Shown here piece after piece: positions 61,392-64,000 of a stretch of 64,000 nt of DNA. Position 1 is the stretch's first letter. The number at the start of each line of letters is the position of its first letter. Location of the stretch: the NCBI RefSeq assembly GCF_009914755.1, contig NC_060931.1; one strand, written 5' to 3'. A program made the translations under genes and the position numbers. The notes beneath the pieces are model-generated. The model had not been told where the DNA came from, searched no databases, and saw only the letters and a list, made by a program, of their open reading frames with translations. Origin of the DNA: the human T2T-CHM13v2.0 reference genome, Homo sapiens.

Positions 61392-61904
61392 GAAAATCAG
61401 TTGGCTGTAAATACAAAGATTTATTTCCGGGTTCTCTATTCTGTTTCATTGGTCTATGTATCTGTTTTAATACCAATACCGTGCTGTTTTCATTATTCTA
61501 GACTTATAATATATTTTGAAGTCAGATAGTGTGATACCTGCAGCTTTGTTCTTTTTCCTCCATATTGCTTTGACTCTTCAGGGTCTTTTGCGGCTTCATA
61601 AAATTTTAGAATTTTGTTCTATTTCTGTGAAGAATGTCATTGATATTTTTATAGGGTTTGTATTGAATTTGTAGATTGCTTTGGGTAGAATGGTCATAAT
61701 TTTTCCAACTCACGAGCATAGAGTAGCTTTTCATTTGTTACTGTCCTCTTCATCTACTTTCATCAGTTATTTGTAGTTTTCATCATGCTTTCCACCTCCT
61801 TGATTAAATTTATTCCTAGGTAGTTTATTTTTGTAGCTATTGTAAATTGCATTGTTTTCTCGATTTCATTAAGGTAGTTCATTCTTGATTTCATTCAGCT
61901 AGGT

Positions 61905-63222
61905 GGTTTTTTTTTGAAAAGATAAGCAAAATTAAAAAATCCTTAGCTAGAATATTTTTTAAAGGGGAGACTAAAATAAATAAAATAGAAAATAAAACAG
62001 GAGACATTGCAAATAATCCCACAGAAATAAAAAAACATCATAAAAAGTATCATGAACAATTATATACCAAAAATTAGACAAATGGGAAATGGACAAATTC
62101 CTAGAAACATACAGCCTACTAAGACTAAATCAAGAAAAAATAAAAATCCTGAACTGATCTATAACAAATAGAGAGACTGTATCAGTATTTATAAACCTTG
62201 CAAGAAAGGAAAGCCTAGGACAATATGGCTTCTCAGATGAATCCTATCAAACATTTAAAGAAATTTAATTCCAATCATCCTTAAGTAATTACAAAAATAG
62301 AAGAGAGAACTCTTTGAAACTCATTCTATGAGACCAACATCACTCTAATAGGAAAGCCAGACAAAGACACTGCAAGAAAAGAAAAGTATAGGTCAATATC
62401 ACTGACTAAAGTGGATGTAAAAATCCACAACAAAATACTAGTAAGCCAAATTCAACAGCACATTCAAAGGATCATATACCATGATCAAGTAAGATTTGTC
62501 ACTGTGATGCAAGGGGGTTCAACATAAGCAAATTAATCAATGTGATACACCACATTAACAGAATAAAGGATAAAAATTATATAATCATCTCAATAGATGT
62601 AGAAAAAATATTTGACAAAATTCAACACCTTTTCCTGATAAAAACACTTAATGTGTTGTGAGTAGAATAAAATTACATTGGCATAATAAAGGCAATACAT
62701 GAAAAGTTCACAGCAAACCTCATATTCCACAGTGACAAACTGAAAGTTTTTCCTCCAAGATCCAAGAATGCCCACTTTCTCTACTTCTATTCAAAGTACT
62801 GCAAGTAATAGCCAGAGCAATTAGAGAAGAAAAAAAGAAAGGTATTCTAATCAGAAAGGAAGAAGTAAATTTATCTCTGTTTGCAGATGACATCATCTTA
62901 TATATAAAAACCCCTCAAGATTACACACACACACACACAGACACACACATGCAAACCTGTTAGGACTAATAAAATAATTCTGTAAAGTGGTAAAGATACA
63001 AAGTCAACATACAAAATCAGTTGTGTTTCTATACATTAACAATGAGCAATCTGAAAAGGGAAATAAAACAATCCCATTTATGATAAACTCAAAAAACATT
63101 TTAAAATTTTGGAATAAACTTAACCAAGGAGGAAAAAACTTGTATGCTGAAAATTACAAAACATTGCTGAAATAAATTTGCAAAGATGACAAATAAATGG
63201 AAAGACATACCATGTTCATAAA
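61905..63222 (+). mobile_element. Old L1 ORF2 (RT region) fragment
   Basis: Degenerate YRSISL, HDQV.F and [10 protein letters not shown] motifs. Confidence 0.85.
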
Positions 63223-63396
63223 CCAGGTTCACTCTTAAGCACAGTAGAGTTCATACATATATGGTTTTCTTCTTCTTTTTTTCCAGCTTAGCATTTGATT
63301 CCAAAATATCTTTTTATTCATGTATCACACCCATGATTTTTTCTGTTTCTCCCTGATCCCTAGAAAGTTCTGAAAACCCTCTAAAATTGGAATTGA

Positions 63397-63721
63397 GGCC
63401 AGGTGCAGTGGCTCCTGCTTGTAATCCCAGGACTTTGGGAGGCTGAGGCAGGCACATCACTTGACCTCAGGAGTTCTAGGCTAGCCTAGGCAATGTGATA
63501 AAGCTCTATCTCTACCAAAAAAAACAAAAACAAACAAACAACAAAAAAAAAACAGCCAGGCCTGGTGGCATGTGCCTATAGTCCCAGCTACTGGAAGACT
63601 GAGTTGGGAGGATCACTTGAGCCTGAGAGGTCGAGACTGCAGTGAGCCATGTTCACACCACTGCACTCCAGCCTGGGTGACACAGGGAGACCCTGTCACA
63701 GAAAAAAAAAAGAAAAAAAAA
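63397..63721 (+). mobile_element. AluJ
   Basis: Diverged Alu with expanded middle A-rich linker. Confidence 0.88.
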
Positions 63722-64000
63722 TGGAAATGATATTTATGAATGAGGGGTTGCAAACTACTGCTGTAGTTGGTTAAGAGGAATAACAAAAGTTACCCAATAT
63801 TCTTTTTTTCATTACTCTGTATAATGGCTGTAATGGTTTCCATATGGGATATTGTAAAATCTAAATGTGGTTTCACCAGACAAAAGCCAAGGTTTTGTTT
63901 GTAAGGAAGATAAAGGGACTGTTGAAATGTTTGGGAATTTGGTGACATGAGAATATCCATTGACAGAAAGAGAAAAGCTGGTGTCAGGAGAAAGTTTCAA

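Overview
Primate (very probably human) genomic DNA. Bases 1-18.6 kb hold the 5' end of AASS (alpha-aminoadipic semialdehyde synthase, lysine degradation) on the minus strand: a CpG-island promoter, non-coding exon 1 and coding exons 2-4, all with GT-AG junctions and a continuous frame. The remaining ~45 kb is repeat-rich upstream sequence. It contains a decayed TTC14 processed pseudogene, a deleted HERV-W provirus (no 5' LTR, no RT, env with two deletions, complete 3' LTR17), nested L1s, many Alus, MaLR/ERV LTRs and DNA-transposon MITEs. I found no convincing new gene system. The most unusual features are an exact 36-bp copy of AASS exon 3 pasted into intron 2, ~300-bp direct repeats flanking the ATG exon, a candidate cassette 5'UTR exon with two palindromes, a tandem DR1-like promoter repeat and an Alu with an inverted tail. 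Gene and repeat names come from recognition by memory, not database searches, and repeat boundaries are approximate.
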